A stretch of 64,000 nt of DNA, taken from the NCBI GenBank assembly GCA_019057795.1, contig JAHLWS010000087.1, forward strand, positions 1 to 64,000. Reading direction: 5' to 3'. Every line of letters begins with the position of its first letter. Positions within the stretch are counted from its first letter, which is position 1. Under the pieces are notes generated by a model. The model worked only from the letters and a program-made list of their open reading frames with translations. It was not told where the DNA came from and did no database searches. Origin of the DNA: Promethearchaeota archaeon (lineage in GTDB: Archaea; Asgardarchaeota; Lokiarchaeia; Sigyniarchaeales; SOKP01). Positions 49,443 through 59,765 of this stretch are shown piece after piece. The position numbers were made by a program, and so were the translations under genes.

Positions 49443-50036
49443 TTGATAGACAAACCAATTGCCGAAACCTTCGAAAAAATCCAGACCTGCTTCTTTTGCC
49501 CACCTTTTTTCTGTTCTACGCAGTGGATAATCAGGATCCAGAAAGAGTTCACTCAAAGATATTATACCATCTGGTTTTAGAATTCGTTTAAATTCCCTTA
49601 AAGCTTTTATAGGATCAGGAATTTCGGGTAAACAAGTAATCGCAAAGACTCGATCTACGCTTTCATCTTCAAACGAAAGATTGTGAGCATCGTCTATTTT
49701 AGGAATAATATTTTGAATATTCTCTTTTTTAATTTTTTTCTTTAAACGGTTGATGATTGATTCTTGAATATCAATTGCAAATACTTTTCCATTAGGTTGT
49801 ACTTTTTCCGCTACAGCTTTCGTATAACTGCCTTTACCGGGACCAATTTCTACTACAATCATTCCGGGTTTAAGTTGCATTCGTTCAGCAATAAGTTCAG
49901 GTTTTTGTATTAATCTACGACGGAACGGGTTATCAATCAATCTCGTTGCGAAAGCCGGGATGGGAAATTTGTATATTTTTCTAATAATTCTTACTATTAC
50001 AAACAATATGAATAAGAAACACAAAAAAGCAATCAA
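49410..50036 (-). CDS. Class I SAM-dependent methyltransferase with an N-terminal TM anchor (the frame extends to ATC 50081)
   Basis: VVEIGPGKG, AIDIQ, SVDRVF, RILKPDG. Confidence 0.85.
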   Translation of the reverse strand: MIAFLCFLFILFVIVRIIRKIYKFPIPAFATRLIDNPFRRRLIQKPELIAERMQLKPGMIVVEIGPGKGSYTKAVAEKVQPNGKVFAIDIQESIINRLKKKIKKENIQNIIPKIDDAHNLSFEDESVDRVFAITCLPEIPDPIKALREFKRILKPDGIISLSELFLDPDYPLRRTEKRWAKEAGLDFFEGFGNWFVYQLNFIKKKASY

Positions 50037-50084
50037 TAATATGAAAAAAACAGTTCCTAATATTGATGTCCAATCTGAGATTTT

Positions 50085-50639
50085 AATTTCACCAATTATT
50101 TTTAATATAGTTTAAGAAAATTTTTTTCATTTAATTTGTTTCTAAATATCAAATTGGAGTTCTGGGTTAAGTATCTCACCAGATTTTATATATTTACAAA
50201 GCAATACTTAACATTGAAAGAGTCTCCAAGATTTCTTACAATCCAGACATATTCCAATCTCTCTTTAGATTAATTAACTCTTCCCGTTGATCGAGTAAAT
50301 GCCTTAAAGTAATTGCATCATTTTCAGCTTCATCTAATGTTTCATTTTTAGCATCGTTTAAAAATTTAATAGGTGATTCATAACTCCATTTAACTAAAAC
50401 CTTATCTATTTCATCATATAAAAATTTCAATTTTAAATCAACAAGTTCTTCTAAAAGTTCTTTTTTTACGGGAATTGTAGTCAATTATTCCTCACCAAGC
50501 TCTATAAGGATTTTTAAGCATAAATATTTATTCTATCTAACAAAATTCTTATTATTATGTCTTTTTCAAGACTTAAATTTCACCAATTGTTTTTAATATG
50601 GTTTAAGAATTTTTTTATCCTTTAATTTTGTTCCAAATA
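50085..50639. repeat. 64-bp imperfect direct repeat (50085-50148 and 50576-50639)
   Basis: AATTTCACCAATT(a/g)TTTTTAATAT(a/g)GTTTAAGAA...AAATA; 55 of 64 identical by manual ungapped alignment. Confidence 0.8.
50236..50484 (-). CDS. Small helical protein, possibly antitoxin-like
   Basis: 82-aa acidic helical ORF preceded by GGTGAGG. The function is inferred only. Confidence 0.55.
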   Translation of the reverse strand: MTTIPVKKELLEELVDLKLKFLYDEIDKVLVKWSYESPIKFLNDAKNETLDEAENDAITLRHLLDQREELINLKRDWNMSGL

Positions 50640-50685
50640 ATTTAAAAAGGAAATAATTTTAATATCTTTTAATTTATTCATATTC

Positions 50686-51612
50686 ATGGACTTAAGCACT
50701 GCGAAAGAAATCAAACTTGAAGATAAAGGTTTTTTCGACAAATATTTTCAGAATTACCCTCCCCAGACATCTGAATTCACTTTTACGAATCTATACATGT
50801 GGAGGAATTTTTACGGATTATTTTTTATGGAATGGAAAGAGCATCTTTTAATTTTTTCACGGGATATTTTTAAGAAAAGGAAAGCCACGATGTCCGGAAG
50901 CGATAACACCCTATTTTTTTTCACTCCAATCGGCACAAGACCTGCTGATGTAATTATTGCTCTATTCGAAAATTTTAATGAAATTGAATTTCACAGGGTA
51001 CCAGAGCAGGTTACAGAAGTTCTTAAAAACCACGAAAAGTTTTTGGCTTTAAATATTGAGATTTTTGAAGATCGAGATAATTGGGACTATGTATACGAGG
51101 GAGATAACCTTAGAAATCTACCGGGTAATCGCTACCGCCAAAATAGAAGGTGGTTAAACAAGTTTTTAGAAAATTACGATTATGAATTTAAGATATTAAC
51201 GGAGGACGAAGTTGCCACGACCAAGAAACTACAGTTGGAGTGGTGTATTCTTAGAGAATGTGAAGACGACGAAGGTTTGGAACAGGAGGAGAAAGCCATT
51301 TACGACGCTTTAGACAATTTTTCTGCGTTAGGATTTAAAGGATCGTTAATTTGCGTCGATAACAAATGTGTTGCTTACACATTTGGAGAAATGTTAAATT
51401 CGGACACGATCGTAATACATATTGAGAAAGCGCATATGGAGTATGAAGGTGCGTATCAAACGATTAGCAATCTGTTTTTAAAAAGTAGTTTTATTAATGC
51501 CATGTTCGTTAATCGAGAGCAAGATTTAGGAGTTCCCGGTTTACGTAGAGCAAAAGAATCGTATAAACCAATTCATATGGTCCAAAAAAGCATACTATAT
51601 CGAAAAACATAG
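50686..51612 (+). CDS. DUF2156 family (aminoacyl-phosphatidylglycerol synthase C-domain-like/GNAT) protein
   Basis: SEFTFTNLYMW, DRDNWDYVY, IHIEKA, VNREQDLGVPGLRRAKESYKP. Confidence 0.9.
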   Translation: MDLSTAKEIKLEDKGFFDKYFQNYPPQTSEFTFTNLYMWRNFYGLFFMEWKEHLLIFSRDIFKKRKATMSGSDNTLFFFTPIGTRPADVIIALFENFNEIEFHRVPEQVTEVLKNHEKFLALNIEIFEDRDNWDYVYEGDNLRNLPGNRYRQNRRWLNKFLENYDYEFKILTEDEVATTKKLQLEWCILRECEDDEGLEQEEKAIYDALDNFSALGFKGSLICVDNKCVAYTFGEMLNSDTIVIHIEKAHMEYEGAYQTISNLFLKSSFINAMFVNREQDLGVPGLRRAKESYKPIHMVQKSILYRKT

Positions 51613-51735
51613 GAAATAATAATTGGATTTATGAAAGTTTAAATACCATTTTTAAATTGTAGAAGTTAAGTAGATATAATTAATATATATGAATTTACAT
51701 ATAATACAAAAGAAACGAAATTAATGTGATTCAAA

Positions 51736-53433
51736 ATGTCAGACGAAGAAAACTATAATAAGCAAGTAAAAGAAGATAAAGTAGGGAATTTATTAGGGAA
51801 AACCACTACGCACTCGGTACAAGTACAATTTTCTGACCTAACAATCGAGCGTAATTCTTATTTTGTAATCTATGGAGAGAAGGACGAAGAGGGAATAAGA
51901 GCTACCTATATGCTAAATATTGAGAAGTTATGGAGCGAAGCAAAAGGGATGCTTGCGGATCTGAAGGTATGTGGAGATAGACCAAAGAGACCGTTTGAGA
52001 TAGGTTCAGAAGTTTATCGCGCATCTGAAATTCAAATTACTAAATTATTAGGAATTTATAACCTACCCGAAGAATCCGTCTCTCTTGGGAAGCTGATAGG
52101 CTATCCATTTGATGTTAGATTATTAGTGAAAAACTTTGGAAGAATATTCATTACGGGGAAGTCTGGTAGCGGAAAGTCGTATACGATGGGTGTACTATGC
52201 GAAGAATTTATGAAAAAAGGGATTCCACTCGTAATTTTAGACAGACATGGTGAGTACGGGAGCTTGAAAGTACTTGCAGGAGAAAGTGAAGATAGTGAAG
52301 GAATTAAAAAAGAAAGCGCATTTGTGAATAGCATCATCGAATATTCTGATTTAAGCGTTAACAAAGGAGGGGATATCGATGTAGAGTATCTATTTTCGTT
52401 AGATCCCACTGATATTGTTGCTCCACATCTATGTACAATTATCAATATGAGAGGTATGGATTTAAATGTACAAGAAATGGTTGCTGGTAAGCTTCTTAAA
52501 AGATTATATCAAGCAAGTACGGGTAGAAGAATTCCTCCGTTTTACTTACTACTTGACGAGGCTCACTTGTTTGCTGGAAAAAAACAAACCGAAACATGTG
52601 ACATTGTAAAACTGTTCTCGCAAGAAGGTCGTAAATTCGGTGCAAATTTAATCATCGGTACACAGAGACCTCAACTGTTAGATACAACTATTCGCGCTCA
52701 AGCTGGTACTTGGGTGGTTCATAACCTCACTGATATACGAGATATTGATGTTACGATTTCGAGCGCAGAAGATTTAACTCGAAGTAACAAAACGGATATT
52801 CAAGGGTTAGATAAAGGCGAAGCAATTATTTGTGGAGAAGCAATAAAAGGTATACCCCTATTCGTAAAAGTACGTAAAAGACTTACTGCTCATGGAGGGG
52901 TTGGTTTCAACCCACTAGACTTCCTTCCAAAACAAACTATAGAAGGACTACAAAAACGTAAGCAACAAATTTTAGGAGCAAAAACCGCTAACGAATTAGA
53001 AACTGGGAAATCTATTTATGAAGAAATTACCGCTCCTAAAACTTCAGCAGAATATTTAGATCAGATTGGCTACTTAAAAGTCAGAATTAAAGAGTTAGAA
53101 GAAGAAGTAGATATTTTAAAAGGAAGAATATTAGATGTTGAAGAAGGGAAAGGAGGTCCACTATATATTAGTCAAATTACAGATAATGATGATGTTGAGG
53201 AACTCCAAACAGAAATAAAAGTATGGAGAGAAAAGTATAATTACCTTAAGGAATCCATGGAAAATCCAGATGCGGTGATATCCTCAGGTGAGGGAAGCAG
53301 TGAACTGATTCTCGAACTTCAGAACAAAACGATAGAATTAGAAGCTAACGTTCAGAAGTATAGGTCTCAATATACCGATGCCTTACTCTTAGCCGAAAAA
53401 GCTATCAAAGAGTTAAAGAAGCGAAAAAAGTAA
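51736..53433 (+). CDS. HerA/FtsK-like ATPase (DUF87) with a C-terminal coiled coil
   Basis: GKSGSGKS, LDRHGEY, LLDEAH, QEGRKFG, TQRP. Confidence 0.88.
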   Translation: MSDEENYNKQVKEDKVGNLLGKTTTHSVQVQFSDLTIERNSYFVIYGEKDEEGIRATYMLNIEKLWSEAKGMLADLKVCGDRPKRPFEIGSEVYRASEIQITKLLGIYNLPEESVSLGKLIGYPFDVRLLVKNFGRIFITGKSGSGKSYTMGVLCEEFMKKGIPLVILDRHGEYGSLKVLAGESEDSEGIKKESAFVNSIIEYSDLSVNKGGDIDVEYLFSLDPTDIVAPHLCTIINMRGMDLNVQEMVAGKLLKRLYQASTGRRIPPFYLLLDEAHLFAGKKQTETCDIVKLFSQEGRKFGANLIIGTQRPQLLDTTIRAQAGTWVVHNLTDIRDIDVTISSAEDLTRSNKTDIQGLDKGEAIICGEAIKGIPLFVKVRKRLTAHGGVGFNPLDFLPKQTIEGLQKRKQQILGAKTANELETGKSIYEEITAPKTSAEYLDQIGYLKVRIKELEEEVDILKGRILDVEEGKGGPLYISQITDNDDVEELQTEIKVWREKYNYLKESMENPDAVISSGEGSSELILELQNKTIELEANVQKYRSQYTDALLLAEKAIKELKKRKK

Positions 53434-53589
53434 TTTTTTAATAATATTTTATTCTTATTTTGATTTTTGAATTCAAAAAATTTTTTCTGTTTTCTTATTT
53501 ATTAATGTATTTTCAAGTTTAACCAAAATATATTAATTTTATTATGGATATCTCAAGGTATTACTTATTAGTATTTAAAGCAAAGAGGA

Positions 53590-54663
53590 TTGATGATGAA
53601 TATTGAGAGTATAAAAGTTCTTCAAAAAGAATTATCTTCGCTTATCGGAGTTTCTGGCTATGAAGATGATGTAAGTGATTTTATTTTAAAAAAGATAGAG
53701 AAAGAAAATTTAGTTGATAAGGCTTGGAAAGATAATTTGGGTAATATTCTAGCTGTAATAGAGGGTACTAATGGAAATAACAGAATTCTATTGGATGCGC
53801 ATACTGATGAGATTGGTTTTATGATTTCTCACGTCGAAAAAAAAGGTTTCTTACGATTTGTTCCAATTGGGGGTTGGGATACGAGAATTTTATTAGGACA
53901 AACAGTGGTGATACGATCTGAGCCAGGAAAGATCCATCGTGGCATTATTGGATCGAAACCACCACACCTTACCTCTTTAAACGAGAGAAAAAAGATTGTT
54001 GAGATTTCAGATATGTATATTGATGTCGGGATGGATTCAAAAGAAGAAGTTGTTAGAAATAATATTGATATAGGAACTACCGGTACGCTTTTCTCTCCTT
54101 TTGTAGAATTTCCTAATAACATGGTCCGTGGTAAAGCATTCGACGATCGCACTGGTTGTAATGTGCTCCTTAACATCATGAAATTGTTAAAAGAAGAATC
54201 GCCTGTTAAAGACACGATCCTTTTTAATTTTGCAGTTCAAGAAGAAATAGGAGGTAGAGGTGCGATTACAGGAGCGTTTAATCTTAAACCAACAATTGCT
54301 ATTGCCATAGAAAACACTACTGCTGCGGATGTTCCAGGTATCAAAGAAGCAGAAGTTCCAGCTTACATAGGAAAAGGACCAGCAATCACAGTAGCAGATA
54401 AATCAATAATTTCTAGTCCTAAAGTTAACAAAAGACTCGTAAAAAATGCTGAACTCGACAAAATTCCCTATCAAATTAAGAAACCTATGTATGGCGGGAC
54501 TGATGCAGGTAAGATTCATATTTCCCGAGAAGGTGTTCCAAGTTCAGTCGTATCTGTTCCTTGTAGATATATACATTCTCCCACTTCTTTGCTCAAATTA
54601 GAGGATATTCTTAATACAATTCGTTTAATTAATGCATTTATTCGAAACTCTGCTAATATTTAG
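53590..54663 (+). CDS. M42 family aminopeptidase (TET-like)
   Basis: DAHTDEIG, KAFDDR, QEEIG, GGTDAG, RYIHSP. Confidence 0.93.
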   Translation: MMMNIESIKVLQKELSSLIGVSGYEDDVSDFILKKIEKENLVDKAWKDNLGNILAVIEGTNGNNRILLDAHTDEIGFMISHVEKKGFLRFVPIGGWDTRILLGQTVVIRSEPGKIHRGIIGSKPPHLTSLNERKKIVEISDMYIDVGMDSKEEVVRNNIDIGTTGTLFSPFVEFPNNMVRGKAFDDRTGCNVLLNIMKLLKEESPVKDTILFNFAVQEEIGGRGAITGAFNLKPTIAIAIENTTAADVPGIKEAEVPAYIGKGPAITVADKSIISSPKVNKRLVKNAELDKIPYQIKKPMYGGTDAGKIHISREGVPSSVVSVPCRYIHSPTSLLKLEDILNTIRLINAFIRNSANI

Positions 54664-54712
54664 TGTAAAGAAGTGAATAAAAAGAAAATAAAAAATTTAA
54701 TAATTCCTATCT

Positions 54713-56011
54713 TTATTTTGGTGGTTTAATTAAGTACGCTAAGATTGCTGATCCAACTGACATTATTCCCATTACAATAAATAATATCAAATAGCTCCCA
54801 AAAATAGTAACAAATAAATTCACACCAACAGCACCAATAAATCCTGCAACACCATAAGCGGTAAAGACAATTCCATAATTAGGACCTAAATTCTTTGAGC
54901 CAAACAAATCAGCAGTAGCAGTAGGGAATAAACTGAAATTACCTCCGAAGCAGAAATATATTGCACATGTTATTGTTAAGAAATATATCTCGCTGACATT
55001 CGTTGTAAAGTAGATAAACATGAGGATTGCTTGAATCGTAAACATTACCAGCATAGATTTTTTATAGGTTATCATATCTGCTAGTTTCCCCCAAACTATT
55101 CTACCTAATCCGTTGAATAAAGCTGCTAAACTCCCAATTAATACGAAATCACTGATTCCAATCGCATAAATGAAGTTATCTCCAACATCAACAGATTTAG
55201 CAAAAGCAGCGTACGATCCAATTACCATTAAACCAGACATCGCGCTTAACGCAAAGGCTGTCCAAAGCATCCAAAATTGAGGTAATTTTACAGTTTGACC
55301 CCGCTCGAATTCTAACCCTGAAATTCCACTCTCTTCGGAAGGAGGTGGAGGTATCCATCCTACAGGCTTCCATCCTTCAGGAGGATTACTCAAGGTCATT
55401 GCTCCTCCAATAACAAGAACGATGTATACTATTCCTAAAACGATAAACATCATTGGGATATTTTGCGAAACTGTAGCAACAAAGTTTAGATCGGTAGTTT
55501 CTAATCCTGTTGGGTTAACTAATGATTTAATTACATAATTGAAAACGAAGGCGCCTGCTCCAAATCCAGCGACCGCGATTCCGTTAATAAATCCTTTTTT
55601 ATCCGGAAACCATTTACCAGCTGAAGCAATTGGACACACATAACCGAAACCAATGCCAGCACCAAATATAACACCATAAGTAATTAAAAATCCTATAAAA
55701 GTAGTCATAAAAGCGCTTGATATCAAGCCAATTCCAATCAAAATCCCACCTAAGATCGCGATCTTTTTCGGACCGTGTTTTTGCTGCAATTTGCCCGCAA
55801 AAATCATCGTAATCGCAAAGGTTAATAAACCTACTCCAAAAATATATACTGTAAGCTCTCTAGCCTCACCTAAATAAGGGCTGAGGAAGATGGTGAGAGT
55901 TCCCCAAGAGTATATCGTGCCTAACGCTAACTGTATAAGAATAGCTCCTATTACAACAATCCATCGATTTCTAACTTTTTGTTCTTTTTGTTCAGTCGAC
56001 ATTTTCTTCAA
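54713..56011 (-). CDS. OFA family MFS transporter (oxalate/formate or lactate type)
   Basis: GTIYSW, KWFPDKKG, FNGLGRIVWG, GGNFSLFP, NYGIVF. Confidence 0.9.
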   Translation of the reverse strand: MKKMSTEQKEQKVRNRWIVVIGAILIQLALGTIYSWGTLTIFLSPYLGEARELTVYIFGVGLLTFAITMIFAGKLQQKHGPKKIAILGGILIGIGLISSAFMTTFIGFLITYGVIFGAGIGFGYVCPIASAGKWFPDKKGFINGIAVAGFGAGAFVFNYVIKSLVNPTGLETTDLNFVATVSQNIPMMFIVLGIVYIVLVIGGAMTLSNPPEGWKPVGWIPPPPSEESGISGLEFERGQTVKLPQFWMLWTAFALSAMSGLMVIGSYAAFAKSVDVGDNFIYAIGISDFVLIGSLAALFNGLGRIVWGKLADMITYKKSMLVMFTIQAILMFIYFTTNVSEIYFLTITCAIYFCFGGNFSLFPTATADLFGSKNLGPNYGIVFTAYGVAGFIGAVGVNLFVTIFGSYLILFIVMGIMSVGSAILAYLIKPPK

Positions 56012-56190
56012 ATTTTAGTATTTAATTAAGTCTAAAAATTATGTGAAGAATAAAAACATTTCATTAATAAAATATTGATGAATTTCCAAGTAGTTTGCGG
56101 AATAATAATTAAATTTCACAGTTTACTTTTATAAAATTAACAATGGCTAAAAAGGAGTTTTTATATAATTGTGAATCAGAGTATTAAAAT

Positions 56191-57888
56191 ATGAATAAAT
56201 TTAATCTATCAAAAAAACGAATAGCATTAATTTGTATCTTTCTGGCCATTTTCGTAGTCGGAACTATTTTCATTTTTGTAGTACCTTTAAGCGTCAAAAG
56301 CACATATGGATTATCGACTCAAACAGACGATGGTGTAACTATTTCCTTTAATGTTTTTGAACCTTTAGACGGGGGTTTGAACAAGCCAGCTTTTATAATT
56401 GGACATGGTTCTATGGTGAATAAAGAAATGGTAAAAGGCTACGCCTTAGAACTGGCAGCAGCAGGTTTTGTTGCTGTACCCTTTGATTTCAGAGGGCATG
56501 GTCAAAGTACTACGGGTGATTCTAGCGTAAGGATTAACGATGTTATTGCTATTAAAGAATATCTACAAACTAGGGGAGATATAGACATGAACTCATTAGG
56601 ATATATCGGGTATAGTATGGGAGGTTTAGGACAAGCGTTAGTTCACGACGATACGGCATTCAAGTGTTTTATTGGAATTGGAACTTGGTTATATCCCGAT
56701 CTAAGAAGAGGTGATTCAACCAATCCATTAAATGTTTTAATGATCCAAGCTTTATTTGATGAAGCTGTTGAACTTCCGTATCTAAAGGAGAGTTTGGCAA
56801 CGCGCGTGGGCATCCCTATTTCAAATGTGGATTCAAACAAATTATACGGATCATTCCAACAAGGAAACGCAACAATGATTTACTTAGATGATAATAGTAA
56901 TCACCTGACAGTCGCCTGGGACGAAGACTTCATTCGTGAAGCAAGAGATTGGGCTATAAATTCGTTTGACATCGATGTAGTAGATGAAACCTTTTATGTC
57001 AATGTAAGAGCTTTGATATTACTAGTGCAAGTGATTGGTGGCATTGGATTATTCTTATTAATCGTTGACCCATTATCTAATTTGATTTTACAGACTAAAA
57101 ACGAGAGAGAAAAAGGAGCAGAAATAAAACCCTATAGAATTGAAGCATCAGATTATTCAATCAAAAGTTTAACGGTTAAGCCAATATTATATTCACTGCT
57201 ACTTGGTATTCCAGGCGTAATAATTTTTATACCAATTTTACTAGTTTTACCTTTAGCCATAGCCGGGTTCGTTGTTGCTTTGTTATTTGGTCAAGCATTT
57301 GGATTAATGGTTTTGTTATGGAGAATAGGGAAGAAAGATGATTTAACTTTTAAAGATATACTTAAAAAACCTTTTAGAGGAAGAAATAGATTTCTCAGGC
57401 AATTAGCATTAGGAGCAATTTTAGCAACGATATTATATGTAATCTCATATTTATCAATTGGGTTAAACTATTTAGGATTGTTTCCTTCCGTGACTAAAAT
57501 TTGGACGGTCCCAATCTACTTCATCATCAGTTTTTTCGTAATCCTAATTCTTAATTTAATAACTCAAGTGATAATTCAAAACAAGTTCGATGACTCTATT
57601 ATTAATACTATTAAAATACTATTTTTGGGTTTTATCCTTCCATTTCTGTATTATTTTGTATATCTGTTACTTATCGGTGTGGTTTTGAGAAGTTTTTTTT
57701 ACTTTGGGACTTTTATCCCAATCTCATTAGTGATGTTTACTCTAACATCTGCGGTGTCCATAATAACCTATAGAAAAACCGGAAATATCACTACAGGGGC
57801 TATAATAAACGCAGTTATACTGACTTTTCTGATTGTAACCATGTCTACACCACAAAGTGGCTTTGAGTTCTTGACAGGCTTCTTTTAA
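56191..57888 (+). CDS. Membrane-bound alpha/beta hydrolase with a multi-TM C-terminal domain
   Basis: N-terminal TM, DFRGHGQS, GYSMGG nucleophile elbow, about 8 C-terminal TM helices. Confidence 0.8.
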   Translation: MNKFNLSKKRIALICIFLAIFVVGTIFIFVVPLSVKSTYGLSTQTDDGVTISFNVFEPLDGGLNKPAFIIGHGSMVNKEMVKGYALELAAAGFVAVPFDFRGHGQSTTGDSSVRINDVIAIKEYLQTRGDIDMNSLGYIGYSMGGLGQALVHDDTAFKCFIGIGTWLYPDLRRGDSTNPLNVLMIQALFDEAVELPYLKESLATRVGIPISNVDSNKLYGSFQQGNATMIYLDDNSNHLTVAWDEDFIREARDWAINSFDIDVVDETFYVNVRALILLVQVIGGIGLFLLIVDPLSNLILQTKNEREKGAEIKPYRIEASDYSIKSLTVKPILYSLLLGIPGVIIFIPILLVLPLAIAGFVVALLFGQAFGLMVLLWRIGKKDDLTFKDILKKPFRGRNRFLRQLALGAILATILYVISYLSIGLNYLGLFPSVTKIWTVPIYFIISFFVILILNLITQVIIQNKFDDSIINTIKILFLGFILPFLYYFVYLLLIGVVLRSFFYFGTFIPISLVMFTLTSAVSIITYRKTGNITTGAIINAVILTFLIVTMSTPQSGFEFLTGFF

Positions 57889-58053
57889 TTTTTAATAAAC
57901 TATCTTTTTTTTATTTCTTATCTAAAATACTATAAAGTTGTTTACCTAGATTTTTGATTAAAAACGAATTATAAAGATAAAAATCTTATAAATTATTATT
58001 AATATAATTAATAAAACTGGAAATTAAATGTTGTATTAATAAAGAAAAAATCG

Positions 58054-58428
58054 TTGAGTTGTATGTCGTCTAACAAAGGATTTTTATGGAGTTTTGTCTT
58101 TTTTTTAACTTTTGTGATTTACGGTTCAATTCCGACTTATGTCACAGTTTCTTATTGGGAATGGCTGAACGCACTACGGTTTGAAGAAGAACCTATTTAT
58201 ACTCTTTCTTTATTTGTATTATTTTTATGGATCGTTTCTCTGATCGTTACTCTAATTTATATTGTGGCCATGATTCGCGCAATTGTCCAAAGAAAAAGCG
58301 AAGATTTAGGCATTCCTAAAGGTGTGAAAGGTTTTGGGCTTGTTTCAACTATTGTTATTATCGTTTTTATGGTAGTATGGTACTTGCTTTTCAATCAAGT
58401 AGCGTTTTTCTCAATGATACCTCCATAA
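58054..58428 (+). CDS. Small three-TM membrane protein
   Basis: Three hydrophobic segments; no recognisable family. Confidence 0.65.
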   Translation: MSCMSSNKGFLWSFVFFLTFVIYGSIPTYVTVSYWEWLNALRFEEEPIYTLSLFVLFLWIVSLIVTLIYIVAMIRAIVQRKSEDLGIPKGVKGFGLVSTIVIIVFMVVWYLLFNQVAFFSMIPP

Positions 58429-58472
58429 AAAGAAGGAGTAATATTAAAATCTTGAATTTCAATTAAAGACAT

Positions 58473-59657
58473 TTACAGGTTTATTGGATAGTTACCAAAT
58501 TCTTTCGTTGCTTCAACCATCCAACACAAATTATCAACTTTTACAGCAGGGTGCATGTTAGCTGCGCTGACTATATAACCGCCACCAGGTCCAGCAGTTT
58601 TAATTGAGTGTTTAACTGCGGCAAAGACCTCGTCCTTTGTCCCATAAGTAAGATCGTGTGCGATATCTATGTTTCCCATAAGACATAATTTATCGCCAAC
58701 TTTTTTCTTTACGAGAGCTAGATCCACACCTGCCGTGGGTTCAAGACTATGCAAGCCATCGAAACCACAATCTACAACGAAATCTAACAACGGGGTAACC
58801 TGACCGTCAGTGTGTAACACGATTTTTTTCCCTCGGTCGTGAACAGTGTCAGTAATCGTTTTATATGCCGGAAGTAATAATTCGTTAAACTTTTTTGGAC
58901 TCATCATCGGACCGGTTTTGTAAGCTAAATCTCCCGATTCTATAAATAATTCAGCTCCAACATCCATATATGCGTTATAACAGGCAGCAGTAAATTCAGC
59001 GATAACTTCGTGAACCTCTTTGATAAATTTAGGGTTTTTATGAAGCATTCGTGAGTAATAAGTAAGACCCATGCCTTGCGTAGCGCTTTCAAATACTCCC
59101 GCTAAGTCGTTGGTGACGGCAACAAATATTTTATCTTTATGCTTCTTATTTATTCGGCGGAAGAATTTTTTAGCCATCTTGGTGTATTTCTCAGTCATAG
59201 GTCCTTCTATGTTTTCTTTGGTCTCTTTCCATTTCTCAGGAGAATTCATAGTACCATATAAATAATAAGGATTGAAATTGCCCTCATTATTTCGCGCTTC
59301 CCATACACGTCCAAAAATGTCATTCATTAAAAGACGGTCGTCGTTCGGATCATCAAAAAAATAGAAGGGTAATATACCTACTTGCATACAGTCAAGGCCA
59401 ATTGCCGCAGCTGCTTCCACACAACGAGAAAAAACACTCGTTTCTACGCTTTCTACAAGGTTACTCAACTCTTCTATCCACCCATCAGGATTATCACGCT
59501 GTATCTGTTCTACAGTGTCAAAATCGGTAACTTGCGGTTTTCCTAATATTATATCGACGTTATTCGCATCGATAAGAATGGTGTGACACGGAACTCTATC
59601 GGGTTCTTCTAAATTTAACGCAGCAAGAACTCTTTCTCTACAATCCATTTTTCTCAT
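58473..59657 (-). CDS. Uroporphyrinogen decarboxylase/MtaA-like family protein
   Basis: RERVLAAL..EEPDRVP, GDLAYK, LHTDG, LMGNID, GGGYI. Confidence 0.88.
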   Translation of the reverse strand: MRKMDCRERVLAALNLEEPDRVPCHTILIDANNVDIILGKPQVTDFDTVEQIQRDNPDGWIEELSNLVESVETSVFSRCVEAAAAIGLDCMQVGILPFYFFDDPNDDRLLMNDIFGRVWEARNNEGNFNPYYLYGTMNSPEKWKETKENIEGPMTEKYTKMAKKFFRRINKKHKDKIFVAVTNDLAGVFESATQGMGLTYYSRMLHKNPKFIKEVHEVIAEFTAACYNAYMDVGAELFIESGDLAYKTGPMMSPKKFNELLLPAYKTITDTVHDRGKKIVLHTDGQVTPLLDFVVDCGFDGLHSLEPTAGVDLALVKKKVGDKLCLMGNIDIAHDLTYGTKDEVFAAVKHSIKTAGPGGGYIVSAANMHPAVKVDNLCWMVEATKEFGNYPINL

Positions 59658-59765
59658 TAAATTGTTTTTTAATATTATTAATTAAATAAGATAATTGGAT
59701 TCTTTTTTAAAAATTTAATTAGAAATTTAAAAATACTAAGACTATGTAGTAAATAAAAAGAATAA

